Source: an uncultured Actinomycetes bacterium | Lineage (GTDB): Bacteria > Actinomycetota > Acidimicrobiia > IMCC26256 > PALSA-555 | Length of the DNA: 64,000 nucleotides | Direction: 5' to 3' | NCBI GenBank assembly: GCA_963714105.1 | Contig: OY970233.1 | Span: forward strand, 3,393,205 to 3,457,204 | Shown: piece by piece, positions 49,429-59,901 of the stretch | Layout of the letters: each line of letters opens with the position of its first letter | How positions within the stretch are numbered: the stretch's first letter is position 1 | The notes under the pieces: generated by a model | Told to the model about the DNA's origin: nothing | Database searches by the model: none | Seen by the model: the letters and a program-made list of their open reading frames with translations, nothing else | Translations under genes and position numbers: made by a program

Positions 49429-49905
49429 ATGCCTGACGCAGAAGGGTCGGCCCGGTACCTCCAGCCCGGCTGGTTCACCCGACACGTCTTCGACCGGCTC
49501 ATTGCCCTCTTCACCCGCGCCGGCGTGAGTGTGTGGGGCTCGCGTCAGCTGCGGGTCCGGGGCCGCACCAGCGGCGAGTGGCGCACCACCCCGGTGAACC
49601 TCCTGACCCTCGAGGATCGGCAGTACCTGGTGGCGCCGCGTGGGCTCACCCAGTGGGTCCGCAACCTCCGGGTCGCTGGTGACGGCGAGCTGCAGGTGGG
49701 CCGCCGGGTCGATGCGTTCCGCGCCACCGAGCTCGCCGACGACGAGAAGGTCCCGGTGCTGCGCGCCTACCTCAAGCGCTGGAAGGCCGAGGTCGGCGTG
49801 TTCTTCGAGGGTGTCAGCGGCGACTCATCCGACGACGAGCTGCGCCGGATCGCACCCGACCATCCCGTGTTCCGCATCGAAGCTGCCGACCTCCCCCGCG
49901 GCTAG
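49429..49905 (+). CDS. deazaflavin(F420)-dependent nitroreductase family protein (DUF385)
   Basis: 'WFTRHVFDRLIA..RVRGRTSGEWRTTPVNLL..YLVAPRG..QWVRNLRVAG'. Confidence 0.7.
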   Translation: MPDAEGSARYLQPGWFTRHVFDRLIALFTRAGVSVWGSRQLRVRGRTSGEWRTTPVNLLTLEDRQYLVAPRGLTQWVRNLRVAGDGELQVGRRVDAFRATELADDEKVPVLRAYLKRWKAEVGVFFEGVSGDSSDDELRRIAPDHPVFRIEAADLPRG

Positions 49906-49989
49906 CAGCCACCGCAGGTCGCCCCCTCGCCGGCACGATCCGCGTCGACACGCAACGGCCGCCGGGTCCCGTCGACGACGGCTCGGGCA

Positions 49990-50010
49990 CAGCCGGCGCG
50001 CGACCGGCTG
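49990..50010. terminator. hairpin between convergent genes
   Basis: CAGCCGG-CGCGCGA-CCGGCTG (7-bp stem). Confidence 0.3.
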
Positions 50011-50031
50011 CCCGCTCGAGTCGGACTCGGG

Positions 50032-51360
50032 TCAGCCCGGGAGCGTCGCGGTGATCTTGACCACGTTCTTCGGGTTGCAGTCGAACGTGCCCGGCTTCGC
50101 CGGGTAGACGCGGGTGAACTTCCCGTTCTTGACCTGCAGCAACGCGAAGCACGGGCTGGGGACGTGACCGCCGACGTCGGTCTTCCCGATCATGCCCTGC
50201 GCGGTGAAGTCGTGGACCGTCCTCGCGGTGGCGAGGAAGTTGGCTCTCGTGATCCCGTTCACTCCGTTGGCGGTGGTCATGCGCTGCATGACCTCCTGGA
50301 AGAACAGGGCCGCGGTCCAGGCCTGGGCGCCGAACCCGTCGGCGTTGGCCGCACCGACCGAATGGACGTACGCCTGCACCGGTGGTGAGACCTTCGCCTC
50401 CTCGAAGGGGACGAACGTCGTGTCGAGGTACGTGCCGTTGGCCGCCGAGCCGGCGAGGGCGAGGAACCGTTTGCTGTAGCACGACAACGAGCAGTCCCAC
50501 ACCTTGACCGACGTGACCCCCTGCTGCTGGGCCTCGAGGCGCATGTCGGCCATGCTCACGTCGTTGCTGCCCCCCCGCACGTACGTCGAGTTGTGATCCT
50601 TGATCGCGGTGGCGATCGGCAGGTACCGGTCCTGGGTGTCGGAGCCGTGGGTGTTGAACTGCCCGTCGCTCTTGACCGCCGCCTTCTGCGCCGCGTACCA
50701 GACGGGGAGCGACGAGTTCACCGTGGATTGCAGATCAGCCGGTATGAGGAAGACACCGTGCAGGTTCTTCGTGACGTGCTGGGCGAACCAGAAGTACTTG
50801 CCGCTCGGCTGGTTGAACGTCCGCCCGGTCGGATCGCTGAAGTCGCGAGACGGGACGAGGATCGGGAACCCGACGGGAGAGTTCTGTTGGACCGGCTCGG
50901 TGGTCAGCTCCGGGATGTCGGGCAGACCGGTCGGCCGCCCGGTCAGGTCCTTGCAGTTCACCGCGTCGTCGATGTTGTTCATGAACAGCGCGGTCGTGCC
51001 CACCGTCGCGAAGTCGTTCTGGCACGCCTTGATCAGCGCGTTGCGTGACTCGTCGGCCGACAGCGCGCTGTCGTAGAAGTCGACGACGACCTTCCGGCCC
51101 GCGAGCCCACCCTTGCTGTTGATGTACTGCGCGTACCCCTCGACCGCGTCCTTCGAGCCCTTGAACAGGCCCGGTGCGAGCGGCGTGTTGACGTCGGCGA
51201 TCACCGCGATGCGGATCGTGGTGGGCGTCACCCCGATCTCCGTCGCCCGGGGCGCGGGACCTGGCGCCGGGGGGGTCGCCGCCGAACCGCCGGCCGCGGT
51301 CACCACACCGAAGGCGACGGCCAGCGCCGCGACGATCACCGTCCGAACCGTTGCTTTCAC
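50032..51360 (-). CDS. ABC transporter substrate-binding protein (branched-chain amino acid/Peripla_BP_6 type), orphan
   Basis: GTG 51360, preceded by AAGGGGGGAA. Signal peptide 'VIVAALAVAFGVVTAAGGSAA'. 'IRIAVIADVNTPLAPG..AVEGYAQYINSKGGLAGRKV'. Confidence 0.75.
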   Translation of the reverse strand: MKATVRTVIVAALAVAFGVVTAAGGSAATPPAPGPAPRATEIGVTPTTIRIAVIADVNTPLAPGLFKGSKDAVEGYAQYINSKGGLAGRKVVVDFYDSALSADESRNALIKACQNDFATVGTTALFMNNIDDAVNCKDLTGRPTGLPDIPELTTEPVQQNSPVGFPILVPSRDFSDPTGRTFNQPSGKYFWFAQHVTKNLHGVFLIPADLQSTVNSSLPVWYAAQKAAVKSDGQFNTHGSDTQDRYLPIATAIKDHNSTYVRGGSNDVSMADMRLEAQQQGVTSVKVWDCSLSCYSKRFLALAGSAANGTYLDTTFVPFEEAKVSPPVQAYVHSVGAANADGFGAQAWTAALFFQEVMQRMTTANGVNGITRANFLATARTVHDFTAQGMIGKTDVGGHVPSPCFALLQVKNGKFTRVYPAKPGTFDCNPKNVVKITATLPG

Positions 51361-51599
51361 TGGTTCCCCCCTTGCCTGGGACCGCCGCAGACGGCCTGAC
51401 CCGGCCCGCCCAGCATGGTTCCTTTCCGGCGGCGAACCAAGCCACCCACCCACCCCCCCGGATCGCCCTCCTGAGGGCTCCCGACCCTCCCCGGCGCGTG
51501 TCCCGACCCGACCGGCTCCCGGTTCGAGAGGCTCGCAAACGCAAGGCTTTGACCCGGCAAACCCCCCAAGACAGGCAGTATCGTCTAGCGTTCGCTCGC

Positions 51600-52001
51600 A
51601 TGAGCGAGTTTCGGATCAGCCGAGCCGCCGAGCTGCTGGGGGTCAGCCCGGACACGGTGCGGCGCCTGGCCGACAGCGGGCAGCTCGAGACCCGCCGCAC
51701 CGACGGCGGGCAGCGGGTCGTCGACGGCGCCGCCCTCGCCCGCTTCCTCGTCGAGCACACCGGCGTTCCCGAGGCCGGAGCGATCGTCGGGCAGTCGGCC
51801 CGGAACCGGTTCCCGGGCATCGTCACCCGCGTCGTGCGCGACCAGGTCACCGCCCAGGTCGAGGTCCAAGCCGGCCCGCATCGCGTCGTGTCGCTGATGA
51901 CCGCCGAGGCGGTCGACGAGCTCGGGCTCGAACCGGGCGTGGCGGCGATCGCCGCGGTGAAGGCCACCCAGGTCGTCGTCGAAGTTCCCCAAGCCCGCTA
52001 G
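51600..52001 (+). CDS. MerR/excisionase-type HTH + TOBE (Mop) domain regulator, ModE-like
   Basis: 'ISRAAELLGVSPDTVRRLADSGQL' HTH. 'SARNRFPGIVTRVVRDQVTAQVEVQAG..AVKATQVVV' TOBE. It lies directly upstream of modABC. Confidence 0.75.
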   Translation: MSEFRISRAAELLGVSPDTVRRLADSGQLETRRTDGGQRVVDGAALARFLVEHTGVPEAGAIVGQSARNRFPGIVTRVVRDQVTAQVEVQAGPHRVVSLMTAEAVDELGLEPGVAAIAAVKATQVVVEVPQAR

Positions 52002-52029
52002 CCGACGCTCAACCCACCCGGAGGTTCTC

Positions 52030-52824
52030 GTGCCCACCCGTCTTCGTCTGCCCCTCGTCGCTGCGCTCGTCGTCGCGGCCATGGGCGTCGCGCTCGCCGG
52101 TCCCGCCGGCGCGACCCAGGCCCCGGCTCGCGCGACGGCGAGCACCCCGAGCGGGTCCATCACCGTGTTCGCCGCCGCGTCGCTGACCGGGGTCTTCAAC
52201 CAGCTCGGCAAGGCATTCCGGGTCCGGTACCCGAAGACGTCCGTCACTTTCAACTACAACGGGTCGAACATCCTCGAGACCCAGATCGAGCAGGGCGCCC
52301 CTGCCGACGTCTTCGCGTCGGCGGACACGACGAACTTGGACAAGCTCGTGCACACCGGCGACGTCTCGGGCACCCCGGTCGTGTTCGCCCGCAACGTGCT
52401 CGAGATCGCGGTCGCGAAGGGCAACCCGAAGAAGATCAAGACCTTGGCCGACACGACCAAGTCGGGTGTCCAGCTGGTTCTGTGCGCGCCCGCGGTGCCG
52501 TGCGGCAAGTTCGCGCTGCAGGCGTACCAGAAGGCGGGCGTGACAGTCCCGCAGGTGCCGACGGAACAGAACGTGAAGGACGCGCTGTCGAAGGTCAGCC
52601 TCGGTGAGGCCGACGCCGCGGTCGTGTACGTCACCGACGTGAAGGCCGCCAGCGGTCAGGTCACCGGGGTCCCGATCCCGAGCGCCCAGAACGTGGTCGC
52701 CTCCTATCCGATCGCGGTGGTCAAGGCCGCGCCGAACCCGACGACGGCGCAGGCGTTCGTCGGCTTCGTGACGTCGAACACCGGACGGGCCGCGCTCGCG
52801 AAGTTCGGGTTCCTCAGTCCGTGA
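52030..52824 (+). CDS. modA: molybdate ABC transporter substrate-binding protein
   Basis: Signal peptide, 'ITVFAAASLTGVF', 'ADVFASAD' and 'ADAAVVYVTDV'. Confidence 0.88.
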   Translation: MPTRLRLPLVAALVVAAMGVALAGPAGATQAPARATASTPSGSITVFAAASLTGVFNQLGKAFRVRYPKTSVTFNYNGSNILETQIEQGAPADVFASADTTNLDKLVHTGDVSGTPVVFARNVLEIAVAKGNPKKIKTLADTTKSGVQLVLCAPAVPCGKFALQAYQKAGVTVPQVPTEQNVKDALSKVSLGEADAAVVYVTDVKAASGQVTGVPIPSAQNVVASYPIAVVKAAPNPTTAQAFVGFVTSNTGRAALAKFGFLSP

Positions 52825-53633
52825 GCCGCCGTGGAGGCGGCCGGCGGGGTCATCCGAACCGCCGGCCGCCCTCCGGTGCGTTCGTGCTCGCGGCGGTCGC
52901 CGTCGCGTTCTTCACCCTCCCGCTCATCGGGCTGGCCCAGCGGGCCCCATGGTCGAGCCTCTGGGACGACCTGACCTCACCGGTCACCAAGGACGCACTG
53001 CGGCTATCGCTCGAGTGCTCGCTGGGCGCAACCGCGCTCTCCTTGCTGTTCGGTGTTCCCCTGGCGTGGGTGCTGGCCCGCACCGACTTCGCCGGACGGC
53101 GACTGGCCCGCGCCGTGGTGCTGCTCCCCATGATCCTGCCGCCGGTCGTCGGCGGCGTCGCGCTGTTCCTGGCCTTCGGTCGCCGCGGCGTCCTCGGTCA
53201 GTACCTCGACCAGTGGTTCGGCTTCACGTTGCCGTTCACGACCCTCGGGGCGATCATCGCCGAGACCTTCGTGGCGATGCCGTTCCTCGTCATCACCGTC
53301 GAAGCCGGGCTGCGCGGCTTGGACGAGCGCTACGAGGACGCCGCGAGCACCCTCGGGGCCAGCCGCTGGACGGTGTTCCGGCGGGTGACGCTCCCGCTCA
53401 TCGGCCCGTCGCTCGCGGCCGGCGCCGCGCTCAGCTGGGCCCGGGCCCTCGGTGAGTTCGGGGCGACGATCACGTTCGCGGGCAACCTCCAGGGCAAGAC
53501 CCAGACCATGCCCCTCGCCATCTTCTTGGCTTTCGAGAACAACCCGGAGACCGCGATCGCGCTCAGCCTCGTGCTGGTCGTCGTTTCCATCGTGGTGCTC
53601 GCCTCGCTCCGCGACCGTTGGCTGCGCGTGTGA
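52821..53633 (+). CDS. modB: molybdate ABC transporter permease
   Basis: GTGA overlap with modA. EAA loop 'EDAASTLGASRWTVFRRVTLP', and 'FGATITFAGN'. Confidence 0.88.
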   Translation: MSRRGGGRRGHPNRRPPSGAFVLAAVAVAFFTLPLIGLAQRAPWSSLWDDLTSPVTKDALRLSLECSLGATALSLLFGVPLAWVLARTDFAGRRLARAVVLLPMILPPVVGGVALFLAFGRRGVLGQYLDQWFGFTLPFTTLGAIIAETFVAMPFLVITVEAGLRGLDERYEDAASTLGASRWTVFRRVTLPLIGPSLAAGAALSWARALGEFGATITFAGNLQGKTQTMPLAIFLAFENNPETAIALSLVLVVVSIVVLASLRDRWLRV

Positions 53634-54688
53634 GCCTCGACGCCGACGTGCGCCTCCGGCGCGGCCCGCTCGACCTGCAGGTGCAGCTCGACGCCGCCGA
53701 CGGCGAGACCATGGTCCTGCTCGGGCCGAACGGAGCCGGGAAGACCACCCTGCTGTCCGCGTTGGCGGGGCTGCTCCCGATCGACGACGGCCACATCACC
53801 CTCGACGGCGTCGTGCTCGACGACCCTGCGCACGGCTCGTGGGTGGCGACCGACCGGCGCTCGATCGGCTTCGTCTTCCAGGACCACCGGCTCTTTCCGC
53901 ACCTGACCGCGCTCGAGAACGTCGCGTTCGGGCTGCGGACCCGAGGCACGCGCCGGGGCGACGCCCGGCGGGAGGCGCGCCGGTGGCTCGAGCAGATGGA
54001 CCTCGCGGCACGCGCCGACGCCCGGCCGAGGCAGCTGTCGGGAGGAGAGGCGCAACGGGTGGCCCTGGCTCGAGCGCTGGCGGCCTCCCCCCGGCTGCTG
54101 CTCCTCGACGAACCCCTCGCCGCGTTGGATGCCACCACCCGCATCGAGGTACGCCGCGACCTGCGCCGCCACCTGGGCGGCTTCACCGGACCGCGGGTCC
54201 TCGTCACCCACGACCCCGTCGACGCGATGGCCCTCGGAGACCGCGTCGCTGTGCTCGAGGACGGTCACGTCGCGCAGGCTGGGACCTTGACCGAGCTGTG
54301 GGCCGCACCCCGCTCCCGATACGTCGCGGACCTCGTCGGGGTCAACCTGTATCGAGGTTCGCTCCACGGCACGCAGGTCACCTTGCCCGCGGGCGCGGAG
54401 CTCGTCGTGGCGAACGACGAGGACGCGTCCGGTGACGTGTTCGCCGCGGTGCGCCCCGAAGCGGTCGCGCTGCACCGTGCCCGACCGGAGGGGAGCCCCC
54501 GCAACGCGTGGGAGGGAACCGTGACGACGATCGACCTCGATGGCCACCGGGCACGCGTCCACCTCGAAGGGGCGATCCCGATCAGCGCGGAGATCACCCA
54601 GGCTGCGCTCGACGACCTCGCGCTCACGCCCGGGGCCCACGCGTGGGTCAGCGTCAAAGCCACCGAGGTCGAGACCTACCCGCTGTGA
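53630..54688 (+). CDS. modC: molybdate ABC transporter ATP-binding protein with C-terminal TOBE domain
   Basis: GTG 53630 overlaps the modB stop (GTGA). 'GPNGAGKTT', 'LSGGEAQRVALARAL' and 'LLLDEP'. Confidence 0.85.
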   Translation: MSLDADVRLRRGPLDLQVQLDAADGETMVLLGPNGAGKTTLLSALAGLLPIDDGHITLDGVVLDDPAHGSWVATDRRSIGFVFQDHRLFPHLTALENVAFGLRTRGTRRGDARREARRWLEQMDLAARADARPRQLSGGEAQRVALARALAASPRLLLLDEPLAALDATTRIEVRRDLRRHLGGFTGPRVLVTHDPVDAMALGDRVAVLEDGHVAQAGTLTELWAAPRSRYVADLVGVNLYRGSLHGTQVTLPAGAELVVANDEDASGDVFAAVRPEAVALHRARPEGSPRNAWEGTVTTIDLDGHRARVHLEGAIPISAEITQAALDDLALTPGAHAWVSVKATEVETYPL

Positions 54689-54716
54689 CGGACGGGCGCG
54701 GGTCCGCCGCCCTCGG

Positions 54717-56189
54717 TCAGGGCGGGTCGTAGGTCCAGTCCGGCTGCTTGCGGGCTTGACGCTCGTCGTAGGTGACCACCCCGTCTTGGATGTCGACGAT
54801 CTTGGGGACCGGGACCGCGTCGACCGGGGTGGGATGTTCGAGCTGGGCGACGAACACGTCCGGGAACTGGCGGAGCAGGCTCCCGATGACCCGCTGCTCC
54901 TCCTCGCCGACGAAGCACCGGTTCTGGTCGGTGATGCCCTGGAGGCGCTCGCCGATCACCTCGACGTCGACGAGCTCCCCCCGTCCTGCCGCCAGCTGGT
55001 CCAGTCGTCGGGTCACCTCACCGCACCCGTACTTGCAGGCGCGGCACTGCCCGCACGATTCGACGTACAGGAAGCGTGACACCATGCGGGCCACCGCGAG
55101 CATGTTGACGGTCTCGTCGTAGACGACGAACCCGCAGGAGCCGAGCCCTCCCCCTGCAGCGGCGAGTCCCTCGTAGCTCACCGGCGCGTCGAGCGCGTCG
55201 GCCCCCAGAACCGGGTTGGACACCCCCGAGAGAACCCCGCTGATCCCTCGGCCGCCGGTCACGCCACCGCCGATCGTGTCGATCACGTCCCGCAGCGGCG
55301 TCCCGGGCTCGACCTCCCCCCACCCTCCATGGGCGACGTCACCGACGACGGTGCACAGCAACGGCCCGGGCGTCTCGCGGGTCCCGATGGCGCGGTACCA
55401 GTCCGCTCCCCGCGACAGGATGAGCGGGACGTTGGCCAGCGTCTCCACGTTCGACACGAGGGTCGGGTTCGAGCCCGTGATCTCCGGCGCGGCGGCGGGC
55501 GCCTCGTCGCCGCCCGCCGACCAGCCCTCCTGCGGTGTCGTCGCGAACAACCCGTGCAGGTAGGGGGGAAGCCAGCGGGGCATCGGCTCGTTGCCCTCGA
55601 TCACCTCCAGGAGCGCCTTCTCCTCGCCGAACAGGTACTCCTCGGGGCCGCGGACCAGCGTGATGGGCGTGCCGTCGAGCAGGCCGGCTTCGGCCATCTC
55701 CCCCACTGCGCGTTCGAGCGCGGCCGCCTCCGCGGTGAACGACGCCTTGATCGCGATGAACGCCTCCCGCGCCTCGACGACGAACGCCGCGACCGCGAGC
55801 CCCTCCACCACCTGGTAGGGATTGGCGCGCATCAACGGACGGTCCTTGAACGTGCCCGGCTCGCCTTCGGCGCCGTTGGCGACGACGTAGCGGTCCCCGA
55901 CGGCCACGCCACCCGCGCGCACCGCCTGCCATTTCCGCGCGGCCGGGAACCCGGCACCGCCCCGCCCTCGCAAGCCCGAACGCTCGAGCTCGTCGAGGAC
56001 CCACGCTCGGCCTCGTGCCCGGGCGGAGCGAAGTCCGCCGCCTCCGGCGGCCACGTACTCGGCGACCGAGCCCAACGGTTGGGCCGGCACCAGCAGGCCC
56101 GCTTCCACGCCGACGATTATGGCGCCCTCGGCGCTCAGCACCCGGAGGGAACCAGCTCGCGGCCCCCTCACCTCCGTCCAGGACTGCAT
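54717..56189 (-). CDS. NuoF/HoxF-like NADH-binding FMN/4Fe-4S flavoprotein (51-kDa subunit family), stand-alone
   Basis: 'SGLRGRGGAGFPAARKW', 'VANGAEGEPGTFKDR' and 'ESCGQCRACKYG'. The start is uncertain (ATG 56189 or GTG 56279). Confidence 0.75.
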   Translation of the reverse strand: MQSWTEVRGPRAGSLRVLSAEGAIIVGVEAGLLVPAQPLGSVAEYVAAGGGGLRSARARGRAWVLDELERSGLRGRGGAGFPAARKWQAVRAGGVAVGDRYVVANGAEGEPGTFKDRPLMRANPYQVVEGLAVAAFVVEAREAFIAIKASFTAEAAALERAVGEMAEAGLLDGTPITLVRGPEEYLFGEEKALLEVIEGNEPMPRWLPPYLHGLFATTPQEGWSAGGDEAPAAAPEITGSNPTLVSNVETLANVPLILSRGADWYRAIGTRETPGPLLCTVVGDVAHGGWGEVEPGTPLRDVIDTIGGGVTGGRGISGVLSGVSNPVLGADALDAPVSYEGLAAAGGGLGSCGFVVYDETVNMLAVARMVSRFLYVESCGQCRACKYGCGEVTRRLDQLAAGRGELVDVEVIGERLQGITDQNRCFVGEEEQRVIGSLLRQFPDVFVAQLEHPTPVDAVPVPKIVDIQDGVVTYDERQARKQPDWTYDPP

Positions 56190-56313
56190 CGCGCCGTTGG
56201 TGCAAGGTCGGCTGGAGCACCCGGCGACCTGGCGTCGGACCTCGCCGACGTCGTCGGTGACGAGCGCGACTCGGCTCACCCCGCCGAGCCCGGAACCGCT
56301 CGCGCTCCTCGGG

Positions 56314-57237
56314 TCAGGAGGTCGCGGGTCGCGGGGTTCGCCGGGCCAGCAGATGTCGCGCCGCTCGACCCACGCGATCCACGTGATGCAGCACCCGCTC
56401 GCGGGCCTGCTCGGCCGCAGTCTTGAGGCCTTGCAGTCGATCGACGTGCCAATGCTGAACCACCAGCGGCACCAGGATCTGATCGTGATGGGCGGCGAGG
56501 TCGTACACCCCGGCCGCGGCGATCCGATTCGCGTGCTGGGCGAAGTCAGGGATCGCGGTCCCGGGCATCGCGAAGTCCCGCACCTGCCGATCGATCGCAC
56601 TGACGATCGCCGACGGGTCGATCTCCAACGCGGCGGACGTCAAGTCCCGGTAGAAGAGGAAATGGAGGTTCTCGTCCGCGGCGACCCGCCCCATGATCCG
56701 CCGACCCGGCTCGTCGTTCAGCAGCTTCCCGGTGTTGTAATGCGCAATCCGGGTCGCGAGCTCCTGGAGGGTGGCGTACACGAGCCCGTCGGCCAGCGAC
56801 GCCGGCTCCGGCACCGCGCCCGTCGAGACTTGGAGCATCCGGCCCCGCTCGAGCGCCACGGGATCGACCGTCCGTGACACGAGCAGGTAGTCGCGGATCA
56901 CGATCGCGTGTCGCCCTTCCTCCGCGGTCCATCGGCGACTCCACGTGCCCCACGGCCCGGCCTCGCCGAAGTGCCGGTCGATGGTGCGGAAGTAGTGCGG
57001 CAGGTTGTCCTCGGTCAGGAGATTGACGAACAACGCGCTGGCTGCGGCTGGGTCGACCGTCTCGGGTGGCTCCCACGCCGCGCCCGCGTCGAAGTCGCGA
57101 CCGCGACTCCACGGCACCAGCTCGTGCGGAAACCACTCGCGCGCGCCCTGGAGGTGACGATCGAGCAACGAGCCGACGAAGGGTCCGAGCTCGGCTCGCA
57201 GAGCTTCCACAACTGCAACGTAGTGACGGTGCCGCAT
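56314..57237 (-). CDS. acyl-ACP desaturase (di-iron, DesA-type)
   Basis: 'EDNLPHYF', 'WTAEEGRH', 'ATLQELATRIAH' and 'DENLH'. Confidence 0.8.
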   Translation of the reverse strand: MRHRHYVAVVEALRAELGPFVGSLLDRHLQGAREWFPHELVPWSRGRDFDAGAAWEPPETVDPAAASALFVNLLTEDNLPHYFRTIDRHFGEAGPWGTWSRRWTAEEGRHAIVIRDYLLVSRTVDPVALERGRMLQVSTGAVPEPASLADGLVYATLQELATRIAHYNTGKLLNDEPGRRIMGRVAADENLHFLFYRDLTSAALEIDPSAIVSAIDRQVRDFAMPGTAIPDFAQHANRIAAAGVYDLAAHHDQILVPLVVQHWHVDRLQGLKTAAEQARERVLHHVDRVGRAARHLLARRTPRPATS

Positions 57238-57565
57238 CGGCGCAACGCGCACGACCGACCTCAGACCGCCCGCATCCGGACGCAACCCGCGAGCACTCGG
57301 CGCGGCGGGCGTCCCGATTCATGCCCTGACCAGGCTCATCGCCGCCTCGGGCTGCGTGGGAACCGTGCGAAGCGGACGAACTTCACGCCTCGGCGTGGTC
57401 GCGCAAAGCCGTGGATCCGCCCGTCGTTGACGATCCCGTCACGTCGCCGCGAGGAACCCGTGGGGCGGTTGCGCGCCGTGACCGCACCGCCGCTTGTCGT
57501 CCGACGGGGTCTCCGGTCGGTCAGTCGGTGTGGATGCACCGACGCGATCCCGGCAGACTGCGACG

Positions 57566-58285
57566 ATGGAACCGTCCCCGACGTCGGGCTGCGTCGCGTT
57601 CGTCTGCGCGATGCCGATGGAGGTCCGACCCCTGGTCAAGAAGCTGTCGCTGCGCAAGACGCAGGCCGGAGGGGTGACCGTCCACACCGGCACGGTGGCC
57701 GGTCGTGACGCGGTGGCGATCGTCACCGGGATGGGCACGGAGCTCGCGACGGGTGGGATGCAGCACCTCCTGGAGGTATTCGCCGTCGATCACGTGGTCG
57801 TGGTGGGCATCACCGGCGCGGTGGAGAACAGCACACCGATCGGGACCCTGATCCGGCCTGAACTGGTCGTCAACAGCGCGACCGGAGCGGAGCACCGCCC
57901 GGCACCGCTCGGTGACGGGGCCGCGCACGGGATCATGTGGACCACCGACGCGCTGCTGACCGCGCCCGAGATCGTCGCCGACCTGCGAGCACGGGGAGTC
58001 GTGTCGCTGGACATGGAGACCGCCGCGATCGCCGCGGTCTGCGAGCAGCACGGAATCCCGTGGTCGGTGTTCCGCGTCATCAGCGACCGGGCCACCGATG
58101 GCAGCGTCGACGCCGAGGTCTTCGCGTTGAGCAACCAGGACGGAACCCCGAACGCGGCGGCCATCGCCCGCTACTTCGCGAAGCATCCCGGTCGCATCCC
58201 CCAGATGGCCCGACTCGCCAAAGGCGCCAAGCTCGCCACGGAAACCGCCGCCGACGCCGCCATCGAGGCCTGCCGCGCGACCTAG
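57566..58285 (+). CDS. nucleoside phosphorylase/nucleosidase family protein (PNP_UDP_1; MTA/SAH-nucleosidase-like)
   Basis: 'FVCAMPMEVRPL', 'IVTGMG', 'VVVGITGAV', 'SLDMETAAIA' and 'VISD'. Confidence 0.7.
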   Translation: MEPSPTSGCVAFVCAMPMEVRPLVKKLSLRKTQAGGVTVHTGTVAGRDAVAIVTGMGTELATGGMQHLLEVFAVDHVVVVGITGAVENSTPIGTLIRPELVVNSATGAEHRPAPLGDGAAHGIMWTTDALLTAPEIVADLRARGVVSLDMETAAIAAVCEQHGIPWSVFRVISDRATDGSVDAEVFALSNQDGTPNAAAIARYFAKHPGRIPQMARLAKGAKLATETAADAAIEACRAT

Positions 58286-58438
58286 GGCGCTCTTTCGCGC
58301 CGCGGACGCCCCGCGCGCCGATCACCGCGTCCAACCCGAGCGCCTCGCACCCGACCGGCGAACGCCCCCGCGGGGAGTCCCGGTTGCGGGTGCAGACGAT
58401 CGTCCGGCCGGGAGCGATTGACTTTCCTCTCGGATCTG

Positions 58439-59002
58439 ATGGACTGGATGACTGTGGTGACTTGGGGAGGACTGCGCGCCGAACGCGTCGATCTTTGGGG
58501 AGCCGGTCGGGACCTGCTCTACCAGTTCGGGGTTGGGCTCGCGTTTCTCGCCACCACCCGTCGAGACGGCGGCCCGCGGACCCATCCGGTCTGCCCGTTG
58601 GTCACGCCCGATCATCTCTACGCGTTCGTCGTCCCGTCACCGAAGCGTGGTGACCTCGAGCGCGACGGCCGGTACGCGCTGCATTCGTTCCCAAGCCCCG
58701 AGAACGAGGACGCGTTCTACCTGGTGGGCCGGGCCCGGTCGGTGCCCGACCTACCGGTGCGGGCGCTGCTGGCCGAGCAGTTCGCCGCCGAACGGGCCCA
58801 GTTCGGCGTTCGTGCCGACGATCTGGCCGACCAGACGCTCTTCGAGTTCGAGATCGACACGTGCGTGCTGACCCGGACGACCGGTCACGGCGATCCGAAG
58901 CCGACCCACGTGGTCTGGTCCGGACCGGACGCCGCGCCCGGGACGCCCCGGGCGGTCCCCGGGAACGTGACGCCGCCGGACGGGGGGCGGGGACACCGGT
59001 GA
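58439..59002 (+). CDS. pyridoxamine 5'-phosphate oxidase-like FMN-binding split-barrel protein
   Basis: 'GLAFLATTRRDGGPRTHPVCPLV..YAFVVPSPKRGDLERDGRYALH..LFEFEIDTCVL'. The start is ATG 58439 or 58448. Confidence 0.55.
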   Translation: MDWMTVVTWGGLRAERVDLWGAGRDLLYQFGVGLAFLATTRRDGGPRTHPVCPLVTPDHLYAFVVPSPKRGDLERDGRYALHSFPSPENEDAFYLVGRARSVPDLPVRALLAEQFAAERAQFGVRADDLADQTLFEFEIDTCVLTRTTGHGDPKPTHVVWSGPDAAPGTPRAVPGNVTPPDGGRGHR

Positions 59003-59028
59003 CGTCGACGCCGGAGGCGCCGGTCGGC

Positions 59029-59769
59029 TCAGGTCGACCGGTGGCCGACGACCGCTCGGAGCCCTTCCGGTAGCTGCTCGGCGCCGAACGAGGGCGCGAT
59101 CCGGGCGTCGACACCGTGGGCTTCCAGCAGCCCGGGGACGCGCGCCGTGTCGATGAGGGTGTTGTCGTGGCGTTCGTCGTCGCGGCGCCACGAGCCGTCC
59201 GGTTCCCGGACGAACGTGGTCATGGCCCGAACGAACCGGTTCGGGGCGGGAGTCGAGAACCTGGTGACGATGGCCCAGTCGTCACCGACCGCAGCGAAGT
59301 TCGGTGCGTCCCGTCGGCGCTCACCCCACTCGAGGTCGCAGAGATCGATGGCGAGGACGCCCCCGGGGCGCAGCGCGCGGGCCAGCGCGATCAGGGACCG
59401 GTCGATCTCGGCGTCGTTCGGGAGATAGTTCAACGCGTGGCCGACCGAGACGATCGCGTCGGCGTCCGGAAGCGGATCGTCGGGGAGCCGGGCGTGGAGG
59501 ATGGCTTCCGCGTCGGGCACGGTCTGGTGGGCGAGCGCCAGCATCGCGGGAGACGCGTCGGTTGCGACCACCCGATGTCCAGCGTCGAGGAGGTGGCGGG
59601 TCAGGAGCCCGCTCCCGCAGCCGACCTCGACGACGAGACCGTCGCGGTCGCGCACTCCGTCCAAGAGGGCCACGATCCCGGGGGCGCACGCGTCCGCGTG
59701 GAACCCGAACCCATGGTGATGAACCAACGCCAAGTCCTGGCGGTAGTACGGATCGTTCCGGGGACTCAC
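59029..59769 (-). CDS. class I SAM-dependent methyltransferase
   Basis: GTG 59769, motif I 'VVEVGCGSGLLTRHLL', and 'LRPGGVLAIDL'. Confidence 0.75.
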   Translation of the reverse strand: MSPRNDPYYRQDLALVHHHGFGFHADACAPGIVALLDGVRDRDGLVVEVGCGSGLLTRHLLDAGHRVVATDASPAMLALAHQTVPDAEAILHARLPDDPLPDADAIVSVGHALNYLPNDAEIDRSLIALARALRPGGVLAIDLCDLEWGERRRDAPNFAAVGDDWAIVTRFSTPAPNRFVRAMTTFVREPDGSWRRDDERHDNTLIDTARVPGLLEAHGVDARIAPSFGAEQLPEGLRAVVGHRST

Positions 59770-59901
59770 CCGACGATGCTGACCCGTCGCCGCCACGATG
59801 TCGACCACCGGGCCCGGATCGGTCGTCTCGACCCCTGGTGCAGGCGTGCGCCGCCGACGGCGCCGCCGCGTCGCGAGCCGGACCGTCGTAGCGTCGGTCC
59901 C

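Noticed and set aside
51549-51590. TTGACC followed by TATCGT/CAGTAT upstream of the modE-like gene, considered as a promoter
   Set aside because: The spacer lengths (21-24 nt) do not fit a standard -35/-10 arrangement, so support is insufficient.
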